This document shows positions 41,913-56,671 of a stretch of DNA of 64,000 nt, piece after piece (positions within the stretch are counted from its first letter, which is position 1; the number at the start of each line of letters is the position of its first letter). A program made the translations under genes and the position numbers. Under the pieces are notes generated by a model, which had not been told where the DNA came from, did not search any database, and worked only from the letters and a program-made list of their open reading frames with translations. The DNA is from Schmidtea polychroa (lineage: Eukaryota), in contig CM097885.1 of the NCBI GenBank assembly GCA_044892525.1, forward strand, positions 236,904,001-236,968,000, given 5' to 3'.

Positions 41913-44900
41913 CTCTGAGTTTATCCGACAGGATGTTTTGACGCCCTAAGGGTACAGGTCGTAAGGGTATTAGTCGTAAGGGTACTGGTCGTAAAGGTAC
42001 TAGTCGTAGGGGTATTGGTAACACTTAACCACAACCTACCCATTAACTAGCTACTAAGTACTAACCACTAGGTTTCAAACAACAACTACTAACAACCACC
42101 ATCAAAACCCATCGAGAAATTAACAAATATCAACCTACAACTATATAACAATCAGTAAACAACACTGTACCAACTACCAAATACAAGATACCAACAACTT
42201 AGTACCAACAATCAACTAACAACACATAAAAATAATAGCAATTAAATACAAAATATTCTTGATCGCATACACTATTTTCTTATCAAAATCTAAAAAGTCA
42301 ATCAGATACCAACTACCAAGTACCAAGTACTAACAACCAACTACCTAGAACCAACAACTATGTACTAACAAATTGATCTTTAAAAGCAAATACTCTTCAC
42401 TTGAAAAATTGGATGAAAAATTATTTGAACTCAATGCATCAATAACTTGGTAAAAATTGATTAAATAATTGTAAAAATTTAAATTATTCAAAATAAATAT
42501 CATAAAAATTTAATTAATGGACAAGAAAAAATTCTAATCATCCAATAAATAAAAAAAAATGCTGATCATTCAAGTTGAATCAACTAAGATAATAAATTAA
42601 TAAGATAAGATCTAGTAGATAATTGATTAAGATTGAATAAATTAATTTAAATAAAATTTAATTTAATTATTTTTGTAAAAGTAATACATGTACTCAAATT
42701 GATTGACTGATTTCTCAATATATTCAAAAAAAAATCAGTATAAATTCATTACAATTATCAAAGTCAGCAATCTACAATAAAAATAATTATCATAAAATTC
42801 CAAAAGAGACTAGATAACTAATGATAACATCTAATAAACCAGTAAATTTATTTAAATGACAATAATTGGTATATCCTAGTGAATTCTCCAATTTCTCATT
42901 TCCTCCCAAATATATCAATATGTAAAGATTAGTATTGTAATGATAAATACTTGTTAAAGATCATATATTTACCTCAAACTAACAAGATTCCTTAAAATCC
43001 CTTAAATGACTATATTTCTACCCTTAATTCATATTATTACAAATATTTCACTAAAATCATCTAAAAAGCATCAAATTTCCCTGAAATAACTCTATCTTTT
43101 AAGATTGATATTTTAATGATAAGTACTTGTTAAAGATCATATATTCCCCTCAGACTAATAAGATTGCTTAAACTCCCCTTTAAATGACTATAATTCTAAC
43201 TTTAATTCCTATTATCATACATGTTTCACTATTGATAAAACCGGTTATAATTAACTTTTTGTTAATCACTGTACTCGAAATTTAAAATAAATATAACTGA
43301 CTAGGTCCCATTAAAAGATTAAATTTATCCATTCAATAAAATATATTTCTTCAAATGATCATTTTTACCAATATTCAACCGATTTAATTACTAATTAAAA
43401 TCAAGATTTCTTCCAATAAAGATCAATTTTATTTAGTCGATGTTTTAAGTCCATATTTCTAAACTTTTGTCATTCTCCGCCTAAATAAAGATAAAAATAA
43501 ATTAAAGTTGATATCAATCCCAATTATCTGTAAAGATTTCATTGTCAAAACCAAGTAAATCGATCATTATCCCTACTTAATAAAACATTGTTCTAAATTA
43601 ATTTACTGTGCATTAATCACAACCTAATAAAACGATATAATTATTATTGATTCATAACTGACTAATGTATTGCAATTTCCTTAAAAAACATTGATATTTT
43701 ACCAACATCACCCTTAAAAAATCATATATTCCCATCGAAACCCTTCCCTCATTAAAAGCAACCGACTATATCTCCCTTACAATAATATATTCCCATCTTA
43801 ACCCATCTCACATTAAATCTAACCGACTATATCCCCCTTAAAAGATCATATTTTCCCCATCTTAACCGATCTCTCATTAAATCTAACCAACAATATCCCA
43901 TCTTAACCGATCTCTCATTAAATCTAACCGACTATATCCCTTTAAAAATCATATATTCCCATCTCTCATTAAATCTAATCGATAATATCCCATCTTATCC
44001 GATCTCTCAGCAAATATTTCTACCCTTTTAAACATCTATCCGATTATATCCCTTAATTTCCCTAAAGATTCCACCCACTTGAACCCTTTAATATATATCA
44101 ATCCTCTTAATATCCTTAGAGAACTTCAAAAAGTATGAATTTTCATAAACTGTTAAAGACACCAGGCATTCTTCCATTGAAATAATTTAGAAGCTAAATA
44201 ATAAGAGCCCACTAAAAGATCAAAATTTACTAAAATTTTCTACAAATATTTACCATCAAATACTGGAGATGATATATATTGATTGATCATAATTCTTCAT
44301 CGATTCAACCAATCATTTTCAAGCAATAACAGCAAACTAAATTTCTGTATATCCTACAATAATTATCAAGTAAATTTAAAGTCATTGATAAATATTCTTA
44401 GAAAATTATTGAAAAAAATTATCTAGTCAAATATATTACAAAGTTATCATCAAAAATTTATTCTATCACTTAATTATTAACCTAATTGTCAATGAAATTA
44501 ATTTTTATTTAAAAACTATTCAATAAAATACAACTAATTATCAAGAAATTAACTAAATTTATCAATTAAATTTATCACCATTAAAACTTTTAATCAGTCA
44601 ACATGAAATTCTTAGAAAATTATTCAATATCCTCATAAAAATTTATCCTACCACTTCATTATTGTAAAATCTCTAATTATTAACCTCATTGAAAATAATT
44701 TTTATTTAAAATTAAAAAAAAAAACAAGTCAATAAAAATACATCCAATTATCAAGAAATTAATTAAATTTATCTTAGAATTAGCATTAAATTATTAAATA
44801 TTCATTCAATAAACATGAAATTTGCAAAAATGTTAGAAATCCATGAAAATGATAGATATCTACAAAAATTACGCATATTCACAAAAAATTACGGAAATTC

Positions 44901-45140
44901 ATGAAAATAATGGAAAATTACAAAAAATGATAGAAATTCATAAAAATGATAGAAATTTACTTGAATAAAACCATCAACTCTAAAAAATTATCAATACCTT
45001 AAACATCAAATTTGTCTAAATTCAAATAAAAACATTAAATACCTTTACGACTAATACCCTTGCGACATGTTGAATGTGAGTAGTACCCTTGTGAGCAATA
45101 CCCATAGGGGGACAGAATATTTTGTCGGATAAACTCAGAG
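41913..45140. mobile_element. Nested TIR-bounded module, copy 2 left arm
   Basis: Same CTCTGAGTTTATCCGACA IR with TATA flanks. Confidence 0.7.
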
Positions 45141-45657
45141 TATATATTAATTAACTCATTTATCATTGAATTAGTCAAATTATCGTAAATTTCGATAAAA
45201 AATCTAAAGTGGTAAGCAATGTAAAGAGAAATATTCTTTAAATTTTGATAAAATTAACAATGAAGGTGGTAAGAATCTTCATTAAAGTGAGGAAATTACT
45301 CGATGATAAATTCAAATGGGTGAAAATAATTGGTAGAATAATTCATTAATGGATCATTGAATGGGCATAGATAAGAAGAAAGTTGATAAGAATGGAAATA
45401 TATTAATTGAATTTATTTAAAATTATTTCATAAAATTCATAAATTTAATAAAACTTTTAAAACAAATATTTGTGGGGAAGTGAATAATTAATGGAAAATC
45501 GGGAATCGGGGGTAATATAGGGATTAAATAGTAGAGAATAATAGTGAATATAAGTGAGGAGGATATATAATTTAAGCTAGTTTATTACATAACAAGTCGT
45601 GACTAGTTTATTACATAACAAGCCGCAACTAATTTATTACATAACAAGCTGTGAATG

Positions 45658-46666
45658 GTTTTTGAATAAGAAATATGGAATAGGTCTTATTTTTTTAAAT
45701 TTTTGACTAAAATAAATTCTAAAATAATAACTAATTAATACTAAAATGTTTTAATTTACATTATGTATTTCAAAAACAATTATCATAAAAGAAAATAATA
45801 TATATATATATTACCCTTTTCATTCAAAATAAGTTGAATATTCAAATATATATCTTAGAAAATACAATCAAAATTAAATTTTAAAAATATAAATTTTATA
45901 AGTTTTTCAAATTCTCGAATAATGTAAATAATAATTTAATTTTTCCGGGTATAGACTTAAACTTATTGACGGAATTATGTAATAGAAATAAAAAGTTACT
46001 TAGGTTATTTTTTTTTTTCAAAATTATGACTAAGTCCTTTAATATTGTAATAATAGCTATTTATTAATAAATTTATTATTTTACGTTAAATATTTCAAAA
46101 ACAATTATCATATTATTATATTACCCTTTTTAATCAAAATAAGATAACTATTCAAATAGATGATTTTTATAAATTACAATAAAAATTAAATACTTTTACA
46201 CTAAATTTAAAAATATAAATTTTATAAGTAAATGTAAATAAGAAATTAGTGTATTATCAGTTATAGACTTTTAAAACTTATTGATTAGATATTAAAAGTT
46301 ACTCTTTTTTTCATAAGGTCTTTTAATATTGTATTCTATTTATTATTAAATTTACTATTTTACACTAAAATATTTAGAAAACAATCATCATAATATTAAA
46401 TATGAAACTTCAATCAAAATAAGCTAATACTCGAATATATATCTTATAAAATACAATCAAAATTAAATACTTCACAAATTTTAAGTAAAGTTTTTTAAAT
46501 TCTCAAATAAATGTTAACAAGATATTAATTTAATAATCATTATATACTTTTTAAACTTATTATTGGAATAAAACAATAGAATGATATTGAAAATATATAC
46601 AATTTTAAAATATAATTAAAATTAAATTACATACTTTAAAAATTTAGTAAAATGTTGGTAAAATAT
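45658..46666. other. Central 1009-bp spacer of copy 2, inverted relative to copy 1
   Basis: Starts GTTTTTGAATAAGAAATATGG, the reverse complement of the end of the copy 1 spacer. Confidence 0.9.
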
Positions 46667-47183
46667 CATTCACAGCTTGTTATGTAATAAATTAGTTGCG
46701 GCTTGTTATGTAATAAACTAGTCACGGCTTGTTATGTAATAAACTAGCTTAAATTATATATCCTCCTCACTTATATTCACTATTATTCTCTACTATTTAA
46801 TCCCTATATTACCCCCGATTCCCGATTTTCCATTAATTATTCACTTCCCCACAAATATTTGTTTTAAAAGTTTTATTAAATTTATGAATTTTATGAAATA
46901 ATTTTAAATAAATTCAATTAATATATTTCCATTCTTATCAACTTTCTTCTTATCTATGCCCATTCAATGATCCATTAATGAATTATTCTACCAATTATTT
47001 TCACCCATTTGAATTTATCATCGAGTAATTTCCTCACTTTAATGAAGATTCTTACCACCTTCATTGTTAATTTTATCAAAATTTAAAGAATATTTCTCTT
47101 TACATTGCTTACCACTTTAGATTTTTTATCGAAATTTACGATAATTTGACTAATTCAATGATAAATGAGTTAATTAATATATA

Positions 47184-50100
47184 CTCTGAGTTTATCCGAC
47201 AAAATATTCTGTCCCCCTATGGGTATTGCTCACAAGGGTACTACTCACATTCAACATGTCGCAAGGGTATTAGTCGTAAAGGTATTTAATGTTTTTATTT
47301 GAATTTAGACAAATTTGATGTTTAAGGTATTGATAATTTTTTAGAGTTGATGGTTTTATTCAAGTAAATTTCTATCATTTTTATGAATTTCTATCATTTT
47401 TTGTAATTTTCCATTATTTTCATGAATTTCCGTAATTTTTTGTGAATATGCGTAATTTTTGTAGATATCTATCATTTTCATGGATTTCTAACATTTTTGC
47501 AAATTTCATGTTTATTGAATGAATATTTAATAATTTAATGCTAATTCTAAGATAAATTTAATTAATTTCTTGATAATTGGATGTATTTTTATTGACTTGT
47601 TTTTTTTTTTTAATTTTAAATAAAAATTATTTTCAATGAGGTTAATAATTAGAGATTTTACAATAATGAAGTGGTAGGATAAATTTTTATGAGGATATTG
47701 AATAATTTTCTAAGAATTTCATGTTGACTGATTAAAAGTTTTAATGGTGATAAATTTAATTGATAAATTTAGTTAATTTCTTGATAATTAGTTGTATTTT
47801 ATTGAATAGTTTTTAAATAAAAATTAATTTCATTGACAATTAGGTTAATAATTAAGTGATAGAATAAATTTTTGATGATAACTTTGTAATATATTTGACT
47901 AGATAATTTTTTTCAATAATTTTCTAAGAATATTTATCAATGACTTTAAATTTACTTGATAATTATTGTAGGATATACAGAAATTTAGTTTGCTGTTATT
48001 GCTTGAAAATGATTGGTTGAATCGATGAAGAATTATGATCAATCAATATATATCATCTCCAGTATTTGATGGTAAATATTTGTAGAAAATTTTTTAGTAA
48101 ATTTTGATCTTTTAGTGGGCTCTTATTATTTAGCTTCTAAATTATTTCAATGGAAGAATGCCTGGTGTCTTTAACAGTTTATGAAAATTCATACTTTTTG
48201 AAGTTCTCTAAGGATATTAAGAGGATTGATATATATTAAAGGGTTCAAGTGGGTGGAATCTTTAGGGAAATTAAGGGATATAATCGGATAGATGTTTAAA
48301 AGGGTAGAAATATTTGCTGAGAGATCGGATAAGATGGGATATTATCGATTAGATTTAATGAGAGATGGGAATATATGATTTTTAAAGAGATATAGTCGGT
48401 TAGATTTAATGAGAGATCGGTTAAGATGGGATATTGTTGGTTAGATTTAATGAGAGATCGGTTAAGATGGGGAAAATATGATCCTTTAAGGGGGATATAG
48501 TCGGTTAGATTTAATGTGAGATGGGTTAAGATGGGAATATATTATTGTAAGGGAGATATAGTCGGTTGCTTTTAATGAGGGAAGGGTTTCGATGGGAATA
48601 TATGATTTTTTAAGGGTGATGTTGGTAAAATATCAATGTTTTTTTAAGGAAATTGCAATACATTAGTCAGTTATGAATCAATAATAATTATATCGTTTTA
48701 TTAGGTTGTGATTAATGCACAGTAAATTAATTTAGAACAATGTTTTATTAAGTAGGGATAATGATCGATTTACTTGGTTTTGACAATGAAATCTTTACAG
48801 ATAATTGGGATTGATATCAACTTTAATTTATTTTTATCTTTATTTAGGCGGAGAATGACAAAAGTTTAGAAATATGGACTTAAAACATCGACTAAATAAA
48901 ATTGATCTTTATTGGAAGAAATCTTGATTTTAATTAGTAATTAAATCGGTTGAATATTGGTAAAAATGATCATTTGAAGAAATATATTTTATTGAATGGA
49001 TAAATTTAATCTTTTAATGGGACCTAGTCAGTTATATTTATTTTAAATTTCGAGTACAGTGATTAACAAAAAGTTAATTATAACCGGTTTTATCAATAGT
49101 GAAACATGTATGATAATAGGAATTAAAGTTAGAATTATAGTCATTTAAAGGGGAGTTTAAGCAATCTTATTAGTCTGAGGGGAATATATGATCTTTAACA
49201 AGTACTTATCATTAAAATATCAATCTTAAAAGATAGAGTTATTTCAGGGAAATTTGATGCTTTTTAGATGATTTTAGTGAAATATTTGTAATAATATGAA
49301 TTAAGGGTAGAAATATAGTCATTTAAGGGGATTTTAAGGAATCTTGTTAGTTTGAGGTAAATATATGATCTTTAACAAGTATTTATCATTACAATACCAA
49401 TCTTTACATATTGATATATTTGGGAGGAAATGAGAAATTGGAGAATTCACTAGGATATACCAATTATTGTCATTTAAATAAATTTACTGGTTTATTAGAT
49501 GTTATCATTAGTTATCAGTGTCTTTTGGAATTTTATGATAATTATTTTTATTGTAGATTGCTGACTTTGATAATTGTAATGAATTTATACTGATTTTTTT
49601 TGAATATATTGAGAAATCAGTCAATCAATTTGAGTACATGTATTACTTTTACAAAAATAATTAAATTAAATTTTATTTCAATTAATTTATTCAATCTAAA
49701 TCAATTATCTACTAGATCTTATCTTATTAATTTATTATCTTAGTTGATTCAACTTGAATGATCAGCATTTTTTTTTATTTATTGGATGATTAGAATTTTT
49801 TCTTGTCCATTAATTAAATTTTTATGATATTTATTTTGAATAATTTAAATTTTTACAATTATTTAATCAATTTTTACCAAGTTATTGATGCCTTGAGTTC
49901 AAATAATTTTTCATCCAATTTTTCAAGTGAAGAGTATTTGCTTTTAAAGATCAATTTGTTAGTACATAGTTGTTGGTTCTAGGTAGTTGGTTGTTAGTAC
50001 TTGGTACTTGGTAGTTGGTATCTGATTGACTTTTTAGATTTTGATAAGAAAATAGTGTATGCGATCAAGAATATTTTGTATTTAATTGCTATTATTTTTA

Positions 50101-50414
50101 TGTGTTGTTAGTTGATTGTTGGTACTAAGTTGTTGGTATCTTGTATTTGGTAGTTGGTACAATGTTGTTTACTGATTGTTATATAGTTGTAGGTTGATAT
50201 TTGTTAATTTCTCGATGGGTTTTGATGGTGGTTGTTAGTAGTTGTTGTTTGAAACCTAGTGGTTAGTACTTAGTAGCTAGTTAATGGGTAGGTTGTGGTT
50301 AAGTGTTACCAATACCCCTACGACTAGTACCTTTACGACCAGTACCCTTACGACTAATACCCTTACGACCTGTACCCTTAGGGGGTCAAAACATCCTGTC
50401 GGATAAACTCAGAG
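47184..50414. mobile_element. Nested TIR-bounded module, copy 2 right arm (carries private variants)
   Basis: Same IRs; about ten substitutions/indels relative to the other three arms. Confidence 0.7.
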
Positions 50415-50859
50415 TATATATAATAAAACTGATCAATAATAAGTATTTATTGAATGTGATTTTTACTTTGCAATAATAAGTCAGTAGTTATCATTTAAAA
50501 GAAGAATGTTTTGTAAATTAGAATTCATTAGTCTTTCATTGTAATTATTTTGAATTCCACGTGGTGTTTTAAAGTGGTTGAGTTCTGGTTTTTTGATGAA
50601 AATCAACATTTTTGTTAAATTTAGACATTTTGAAAAGGTTTTTTTACTGATTGTAATTAAAATTATTATAGAAGCTGTATAAAAAATATTAATTTAAAAA
50701 GCATTTCATAAAATACAATAAAGAATATTTAGTAGTTAGTTGTAAGTATCTGGTTGTTTGAGAGTTAGTTAGTACGTGGTATCTAGTTGTAAGTATTTGT
50801 TAGCACCTAGTTAAAAAATAATCAGTAACCGATTGTTGGTAACTGTTTAATTATTATTA

Positions 50860-50931
<72 letters not shown>

Positions 50932-53900
50932 CATTTAAATTTTCATTATAAATTACATTTCTCAAAAAAGTTGGTGGTTATTCAATCTTTTGATAATAAA
51001 TTTAAAAATCTTACTTTAATTTACTTATTTAGCTTTAATTTAAAATTTGAACCATTGGATACTTAATTTTAAATTTTGAATCTTAATTTACTTATTTAAA
51101 ATTTTTAACTTTAATTTACCTAATTATTCTTTATTTCTTAATTTTACACCATAATTTACTTAACAACTAATTATAACCCTTATTTTCATATTTAACCAAT
51201 AATTTCATGTGGTCATCTGGTTGTAAGTGTTTGGTATCTAGTTGACAGTACTAGGTATCTTGTACTTGGTTGTTAGTACTTGGTTGATAATGCTTAGTGT
51301 CTGGTTGTATGTACTTGGTAGCTAGTTGTTAGTAACTAGTTGTAGGTAATTAATGCTTAGTAGTTGGTAACTGGTTGTTAGTACTTGGTAGGTGGTAGCT
51401 AGTTGGTTGTAGGTACTTAGTAGTTGGTAATTAATGCTTAGTACCTGGTTGATGTTGGTTGTAGGTACTTAGTAGTTGGTAATTAATGCTTAGTACCTGG
51501 TTGATGTTGGTTGTAGGTACTTAGTAGTTGGTAGCTAGTTGGTTGCTATCAGGTAACTAGTTGTTAGTAACTAGTTGTAGGTATCTGGTTGTTAATACAT
51601 GTTCGTAATTTACTGGTACTTGGTATCTAGTTGTTAGTTGTTAGCGGGTTGTTAGTAACTAGGTATCTAGTTGTTAGTACTTGGTTGTAGGTACTTAGTA
51701 GTTGGTAGCTAGTTGAGTGCTGGTTGTAGCTAGTTAATGGGTAACTGGTTGTTAGTATCTAGTTGTAGGTACTTAGTAGTTGGTTGATGATGCTTAGTAC
51801 CTGGTTATTGTCGGTTGTTAGTGTTTAGTATTTAGTTGTTAGTACTTGGTTGATAATGCTTAGTGTCTGGTTGTATGTACTTGGTATCTAGTTGTTAGTA
51901 ACTAGTTGTAGGTAATTAATGCTTAGTAGTTGGTAACTGGTTGTTAGTAACTAGTTGTAGGTTGATAAGCCTTAGTACCTGGTTGTTGACGGTTGTTAGT
52001 ACTTGGTATCAGGTAACTGGTTGTTAGTATCTAGTTGTAGGTTGTAGGTACTTAGTAGTTGGTAATTAATGCTTAGTACCTGGTTGTTAGTATTTAGTTG
52101 TTTGAGACCTAGTTGTTAGTATCTAGTTGTAGGTATCTGGTAACTAGTTGGTTGTTGGTACTTAGTAGGTGGTATCTGATACCTGTTTGGTTGCTTGTTT
52201 TTGGTTGTTAGTACTTGTTAGGTGGTTGTAGGTACTTAGTATCAGGTAACTAGTTGTTAGTAACTAGTTGTAGGCACTTGGTATCTGGTAATTTGTTGTA
52301 GGTACTTCGTTGTTTTTTGTTGTTAGTACTTAGTAGTTGGTTGTAGGTACTTGGTATCAGGTAACAGGTTGTTAGTAACTAATTGTAAGTACTTGGTAGC
52401 AGGTAACTAGTTGTTAGTAACTAGTTGTAAGTACTTGGTAGTTGGTAGTAAGTACTTGGTTGATGTTTGTTGTAAGTACTTGGTATCTAGTACCTAGTTG
52501 GTTGTTTTTGGTTGTTAGTACTTAGTAGTTGGTTGTAGGTACTTGGTAGGTGGTAGTTAGTTGTTAGTACTTGGTACCTAGTTGGTTGCATGTTTTTGGT
52601 TGTTGGTACTTGGTATCAGGTAACTGGTTGTAGGTATCTGGTTGGTAATACATGTTCGTAAGTTACTGGTTGTTGGTACTAAGTTGTTGATTTGTTGTTG
52701 AATTATTATTAAAATTTGTCTTTGAAAAATATTTCTTAAAAATTTCCATTAAAAATTATCATTGAAAAATATTTCATAAAAATTTCCATTAAAAATTACC
52801 ATTGAAAAATATTTCATAAAATTTTCATTAAAAATTACCATTGAAAATTTTCATTAAAAAATTTCAATTCTCAAACACCTTTTATTATTTCTACTTTTTG
52901 TTAATAAATTTTAAAATCTTACTTTAATTTACTTATTACATTACTTTAATTTACTTAATTTAAAAATTATTACTTTAATTTACTTATTTAAAATTTTTTT
53001 ACCATTGATTACTTAATTTAAAATTTGGACCTTAATTTACTTTATTTTAATTTTTAAGAACCTTAATTTACTTTAATTTAAAATTTAGAACCATAATTTA
53101 CTTTAATTCAAAAATTTGGACCATAATTTACTTTAATTTAAAAATTTGGACCATTATTTACTTTAATTTAATTTTTTAGGACCATTATTTACTGTAATTT
53201 AATTTTTTTAGAACCATTATTTACTGTAATTGAAAAATTTGGACCATTATTTACTTTAATTGAAAAATCTGGACCATTATTTACTTTAATTTAATATTTT
53301 AGAACCATAATTTACTTTAATTTAATCTTTAGAACCATTATTTACTTTAATTTAATTTTTAGGACCATAATTTACTGTAATTGAAAAATTTGAACCATTA
53401 TTTACTTAAATTTAATATTTTAGAACCTAAATTTACTTTAATTCAAAAATTTGGACCATTATTTACTTTAATTTGAAAAATTTGAGCCATTATTTACTTT
53501 AATTGAAAAATCTGAGCATATTAATTACTTTAATTCGAAAATATGAACCTTAATTTAATTTTTTAGGACCATAATTAACTTTAATTTAATTTTTTAGGAC
53601 CATTATTTACTTTAATTTAAAATTTTGAACCTTAATTTAGTTATTTGAGCCCATTCATTACTTTAATTGAAAAATCTAAGCCCATAATTTACTTTAATTC
53701 AAAAATTTGGACCATTATTTACTTTAATTGAAAAATTTGGACCATAATTTACTTTAATTTAATTTTTTAGAACCATTATTTACTTTAATTGAAAAATTTG
53801 GACCATAATTTACTTTAATTTAATTTTTTAGAACCATTATTTACTGTAATTTAATTTTTAGGACCTTAATTTACTTTAATTTAATTTTTAGGACCTTAAT

Positions 53901-54760
53901 TTACTTTAATTGAAAAATTTGAGCCATTATTTACTGTAATTTAATTTTTAGGACCATTATTTACTTTAATTGAAAAATTTACCACGTTTTTTACTGTAGA
54001 CCACCTATTTCTCAGGACCAAGGAGACTCACCTCACTATAGTCTGAAAAATCCTTGGCTTTTTTAGTGTAGACCACCTATTTGTATTGAAAATATCCTGA
54101 GACCTTAAATTACCATGCTTTTTTAGTGTAGACCAGCTTTTTGTATTGAAAATATCCCGAGACCTTAAATTACCATGCTTTTTTAGTGTAGACCACCTAT
54201 TTCTCAGGACCAAGGAGACTCACCTCACTATAGTCTGAAAATTCTATGCTTTTTTAGTGAGACCGCCTTTTTGTATTGAAAAAATTTTATTTGTATTGAA
54301 AATCCCAGGACCATCGTTTTTGTATAGAAAAAATTTTATTTGTATTGAAAATCCCAGGACCATCGAGACCCCCTCACTATAGTCTGAAAATTCCATGCTT
54401 TTTTAGTGAGACTGCCTTTTTGTATTGAAAAAATTTTATTTGTATTGAAAATCCCAGGACCATCGTTTTTGTATAGAAAAAATTTTTTTTGCATTGAAAA
54501 TCCCAGGACCATCGAGACCCCCTCACTATAGTGTGAATAATCCTTGACTTTTTTATTGATAGTCGGATTTTTGTATAGAAATTCCCAGGACCATCAAGAC
54601 CCTCTCACTATAGTGTGATAAAAAAAAATTTGGACCAAAAATCCCTGAAAGCAAAAAAATGAGTTGGGAACAATTGCGTAATAAAAATTTGGGAACAAAC
54701 CCCCCCCCCCCGGGGGGGGGGGGGGGGGTAATTGTTCCCGTAGGCCACTATCTACCTACT

Positions 54761-54914
54761 GTCCAGTCGTGAATCTTGTACCAGATCCACCTTAACCTTA
54801 GTCGGGTTACTTCTCCGTCTCGGTCCGGATTGGTGGAGTCTTCTGCCTCCTCGTGGCTCGAGTCGGTTGGTGAGGGACCGGCCTGTGCACTTCTTTGTCT
54901 CGTGTTGGGCTTGC
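54761..54914 (-). pseudogene. Exon of a GC-rich gene (copy A), truncated by the giant element
   Basis: Acceptor TTTTATCATCACAG ending at 54915; reads KPNTRQRSAQAGPSPTDSSHEEAEDSTNPDRDGEVTRLRLRWIWYKIHDW, then element terminus; paralogous to the exon at 57084-57607. Confidence 0.65.
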
Positions 54915-56207
54915 CTGTGATGATAAAAGAGACATTAAAACGAATCCTTGTTCCTCCATTTACGTTCGGTTACTCCAAGACGTTTAAATACACCATTACA
55001 ATTTAAATTCAAGCATGATATGCATTCAATCCAACAGACAATGATTTTTTGTATTTAAGGTAGATTTAATTTTGAATTAATTTTCATATTTGATTTTAAC
55101 TTAAAAGATTAGGTTGGGGATTACTAAATTAAATTAAGTTCGTGTATTTAAATTAAGGATTAAAATTTCGTAAATTAAATTAAAATCGCATATTCAAATG
55201 ACTTTTGTTTAACTTATTCAAAAGTTTAATTTGTTATTTTAATTATTAACATTATTTTTTTAAAAAAATTTTTATTTAAAGACATTATTCAACAAAACTA
55301 TGCTACTAGGATTCACTACGGGGAGGGATATTGCTACGTGCCGCGAATTATATTCGGTCCCTAGCAATTACTAGCCGTAGGGGTTGTAGGTGTCTCTACC
55401 GCCATCTTAATGTGACAAGTAACAAAAGAATTTTAAATTTTCCATTCGTTTAATTTTAGGAATTCAATCTTTCCAACCTCCAATCTAAGCGTGAAGTGTA
55501 TTTGGATAAATTTTTCGAAACATCCGTAGTCCAATGACATTCCAAAATATGCCGATTTACCCAATTTGTGATTCATTTGTGACCCAATTTTTGGGCCTCT
55601 GCTTATACGTGCAGTGGGGATGCTGGATAAAAATTTTAATCCGAGGGGAATTTGAGAGGCCCTCTTTTCATTCGCCTTTCTACATCATCGGTAAGACTTT
55701 TGCAGTGACTGAGATGATTTCTTAAATAAGTTTTATGATTTTTGTTGAATATAATTTTTCGCTCTTGTCGAATTTAATTAGATAATTCGTTTTACCGTCA
55801 AGTAATAGTTCTTAAGTAGTTTTGTTAATTTTTTCATTTGAATTTAAGTAATCAACGATTATAATTATAACACACATTGTTCCTCATTATTCATCGTCTA
55901 TGATTATGGTGGGTTACAGGTACTGAAAAATCTTTACCTCCTCATGCTGTTTCCAGCGTAACCCAGAATACAATTTATAGCTGACCACTTGATACCCGTT
56001 GAGCAATCAACGTTGGTACTGTATCAAGGGTTTGGGTACTAGCAAAAAGTGAGCATGCTTAACATACTATAGTTGTCTAGTACCCACTGGGGTTCACGGA
56101 CTATGTCCGGTTTCTTTTCGTCCCCGTGGCAATAATCATCAACAAAAAAAATCAAAGATACAGACATGGATACACCAGTAAAGATTTATTCGGACAACAT
56201 GGACAAC

Positions 56208-56671
56208 TTATAGTGTCCTGGTCGATTCTCTTGGTGTAGCCTCTGACCCAGTAGAATGGAGAGTTAATTGGGCCTGGCCGGCTTGCCTTATTCTCGCTCG
56301 CGCCGCTTTACCCGGCCGAATCTTCTTCCTCGGCATTGCTGTTGCTGGGGTGTACCCCTTCGATTGGCGGAGCAACTCACTCATGGGTCGGATCTTGGCA
56401 ATGACCTCTCGATCACGGTCCTGTTGGTGTACTTTGACCTCCAGCTCCCTCACTCTCAGGCGGAGGGCCCGCAACTCAACCTGATCTTGTGCACTCTGGA
56501 GTTGTAGTTGAGTGATTAACTCCATCCGTTTTTTCATTTCCGCTGGCGGGAACCAGGTGCATTCGAAATTCCGGCAGTGGGCCTTGACTCGTGCTAGCTT
56601 GGCCCGGTATTCCTCTGTCTGTTGTTGCGCCCGTTCCCTATCTGCTCGCATCTCTTTCAGGAGTTTTAGCA
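56208..56671 (-). CDS. Terminal exon encoding a predicted coiled-coil with basic tail; function unknown
   Basis: 154-codon GC-rich ORF; acceptor TTTCGTTTTAG ending at 56672; AATAAA on minus strand at ~56183-56188 after the stop. Confidence 0.6.

Larger units (their letters stand above)
37571..54760. mobile_element. Giant palindromic (fold-back) non-coding element, copy 2; both termini intact, 17190 bp
   Basis: Left arm 37571-45657, spacer 45658-46666 (reverse complement of the copy 1 spacer), right arm 46667-54760; termini AGTAGGTAGATAGTGGCC...GGCCACTATCTACCTACT. Confidence 0.95.

Noticed and set aside
54776..55006. Paralogous plus-strand ORFs 54776-55006 and 57457-57708
   Set aside because: Antisense shadows; splice acceptors and the conserved WYKIHDW motif support the minus strand
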